From positions 23,991-87,990 of the forward strand of contig MCFE01000355.1 of the NCBI GenBank assembly GCA_002104905.1: a stretch of DNA of 64,000 nt, written 5' to 3'. Numbering within the stretch: the stretch's first letter is position 1; the number at the start of each line of letters is the position of its first letter. Both the position numbers and the translations under genes were made by a program. Shown in pieces: positions 62,101 through 64,000 of the stretch. Under the pieces are notes generated by a model. The model did not search any database. It was not told the origin of the DNA and was given only the letters and a program-made list of their open reading frames with translations. This stretch comes from Basidiobolus meristosporus CBS 931.73. Its lineage: Eukaryota; Fungi; Basidiobolomycota.

Positions 62101-64000
62101 AGAACACCTCTCGTACGGCCGAGAAATAACTAGCAATTCTTAATGCTCTGAACCCTTTGGCCGCCCTTAATGTTCTTGGAATTCCGGTTGGTTCCTTAGG
62201 ATTGATCGCCAAGGTGATGTACAGGGTAATTAAGACTGAAAAATCCACTCGATTCCAAACGCTTTTCCAATAAGCGTCCGGCGTAAACAAGAATCCATCA
62301 GCAATGACACGGATCAAGAACTCCAGGGTGAATATGATCGTTATGATGATGTCCACGATAAAGAACATATCAATATCTCGATGATGAATTGGGATGATTT
62401 CTAGCCGGCCAAATTTCCTAAGCAATCGCTCGCGCTGTGCAAACGGAGTATTCAGCGCAGCAAACACAACGCTGACTATCACGCATATCAGGATGAACCC
62501 GTTGAAAAGGTGACTCCATGTGAAATGGCTGAATGAAAAGGTCTCAATCGAAGGATCTGAATTACCCACAAGCACTTTGCAAAATCTTCGTATCGGATTG
62601 TTCCTCTTGAATATAAAAAGGGATGTATCATACGTAGGGTGTGCCGTCATGAAGTCATTAAGAATTGCTTCGCGTTGGTTATAGTGCTCATTTGAGGTGT
62701 TTCCCTCGTAGGTAGTCCTGTCTAGATTGGAGTCTTCTCTTTCGGTCCCGAACGTGTTGCTGGTGTTATTTCTAGCTTCTGCGTGTTTCTTTTTTCCATG
62801 GAAAAATCTTCGCAGGCGAGCAGTAAATCCCTGTGGGCTCGTTCTCCTTGCTTGATTGTTATCCACCTAGATGAGGAAAGAATTAGCGACGTCCGCTCTA
62901 GCCAACCCAATAGCTAACGTACTTTCGTATTCGATTCTTGTAGAAATTCACGCGCAGCACGCTTTTGGACTGGTAGCACGAGGTTTGAAGGAATGCTGTC
63001 TACCTCCAGCGCCTTTGGACTTGGCTTTAAGTAATAATATGGATTCCATTTACTGAGTTGACATGGCTCGTATAAGTCACAGTTGTCATGGTAAAAGCAG
63101 ATTCACGAAAATGATACCTGATGACATTTTGACTCTCTTGCTGCCTCGTTTCGATCCGCTTCACAGTCTCCTCGAGTTGCATTTTACGCTTTTGCTCCTC
63201 GTCCATTTCAAAATTCTCCACTATCACGGCGACGAACATGTTGAGCAATATAACTAAGCATGGATTAGGTTTCTGGAGAATAATACCACGCCCAGACATA
63301 AATACTCACAATTGGAAAAGCAGAAAAACAGAAGAATAAACACGGAAGAAAAGACCGCCATGTTGTATTGCCGCTGGATACCAGGCAGGCTGAACAGCGT
63401 GTCAGTCCAGTTGTCTCCCGAGAAAATCTAGTACACTCGAAGTGTCATTTGGGAGAAGTCGAGAATTCTTTGTAAATCAAATGCGTACCTGGAAGAGAGC
63501 CAGGAAACTGGCAGCAAAGTTGTCAAAATTCATATACATGTTATCGCTAGATTGTATTTGGCCACCAAATAGCTGCATCGCCTAGTAGAAAAGTTGGATG
63601 TGATTAGCGACTAGTCGATTATTGTAGAATGGAAGAACCTCTTACCACCGTGGCGCTAACCCCGATGCATATGACGATGAAAAGAAACAAATTCATCATG
63701 CCAACAACATTACCCACTGTACGAGCCTGGACAGGAAAGGTAAGTCATACTTGCAGGATCCATCGAGTCTCAGGGAAGACACCTACAATCAATTTTCGAA
63801 TCCGTGGTACACCATCACAATACGATAAACCTCGCTATTTGAAACACCGTGAAGTAGCGATAGAGCATTCCTGAGAAGGCGGTGGGGATTGGGGGTATCT
63901 GGATTATGCAGGTGATCACTGCCAGGAACAGATCCAACCTATTCCTTTTGGAGGAGCAAAATTTACTATGGCGGTCAGGTCGCCGTGTGGCGAAATACCG
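59164..64000 (-). CDS. CCH1: CCH1/NALCN-clade four-domain calcium channel alpha subunit, 3' part (end of domain II through domain IV and C-tail); 5' end outside the window
   Basis: Exons: 63787-64000, 63646-63726, 63489-63581, 63310-63427, 63118-63253, 62923-63052, 61399-62866, 61271-61347, 61016-61215, 60525-60947, 60375-60453, 60054-60317, 59893-59993, 59670-59827, 59466-59607 and ~59336-59407; the last exon is uncertain. Splice phases are consistent from 63786 to 59408. Pore motifs SGDNWT, SNEGWV and TGEGWN. Minus-strand AATAAA near 59088. Confidence 0.92.
60454..60524 (-). other. U12-type AT-AC intron (71 nt, phase 2)
   Basis: 5' splice site ATATCCTTTT, branch site TCCTTGAC 11 nt from the terminal AC. 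Removing it restores DDIRNFKKAWSEVD. Confidence 0.88.

Noticed and set aside
61373-62866. Stand-alone 497-aa gene from the ORF track
   Set aside because: It begins at a splice acceptor (CTAG|GTG) and ends in an intron; it is one exon of CCH1.
63053-63117. Second U12 intron (donor GTATCATTTT)
   Set aside because: The donor mismatches at +6 and there is no TCCTTRAC branch site near the acceptor; treated as U2.
59127-63874. Plus-strand ORFs over the channel gene (for example 60827-61057, 61722-62021, 63629-63874)
   Set aside because: Antisense shadows of CCH1 exons with no independent motifs.

Overview
Eukaryotic, most likely fungal, genomic DNA with two sharply different parts. (1) Bases ~1-58,900 are a CpG-depleted, nested transposon graveyard. 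It holds a two-gene PIF/Harbinger-superfamily (PHIS, Pangu-like) DNA transposon in 4 copies, two with an intact DDE_Tnp_4 transposase. It also holds ~730-bp foldback MITEs with the same termini, several decayed Tnp2/CACTA-like elements, Ty1/Copia and Ty3/Gypsy remnants and at least four solo-LTR families. A near-complete chromodomain Gypsy element carries a PEG10-type -1 frameshift signal. (2) Bases ~59,160-64,000 (minus strand) are the CpG-rich, intron-dense 3' two-thirds of a CCH1/NALCN-type four-domain calcium channel gene. Two signals stand out. One is a ~210-nt multi-helix RNA module with compensatory base changes, shared by 5 copies in different retroelement leaders. The other is a textbook U12-type AT-AC minor-spliceosome intron in the channel gene. 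All alignments, folds and gene models were made by eye, with no database searches.
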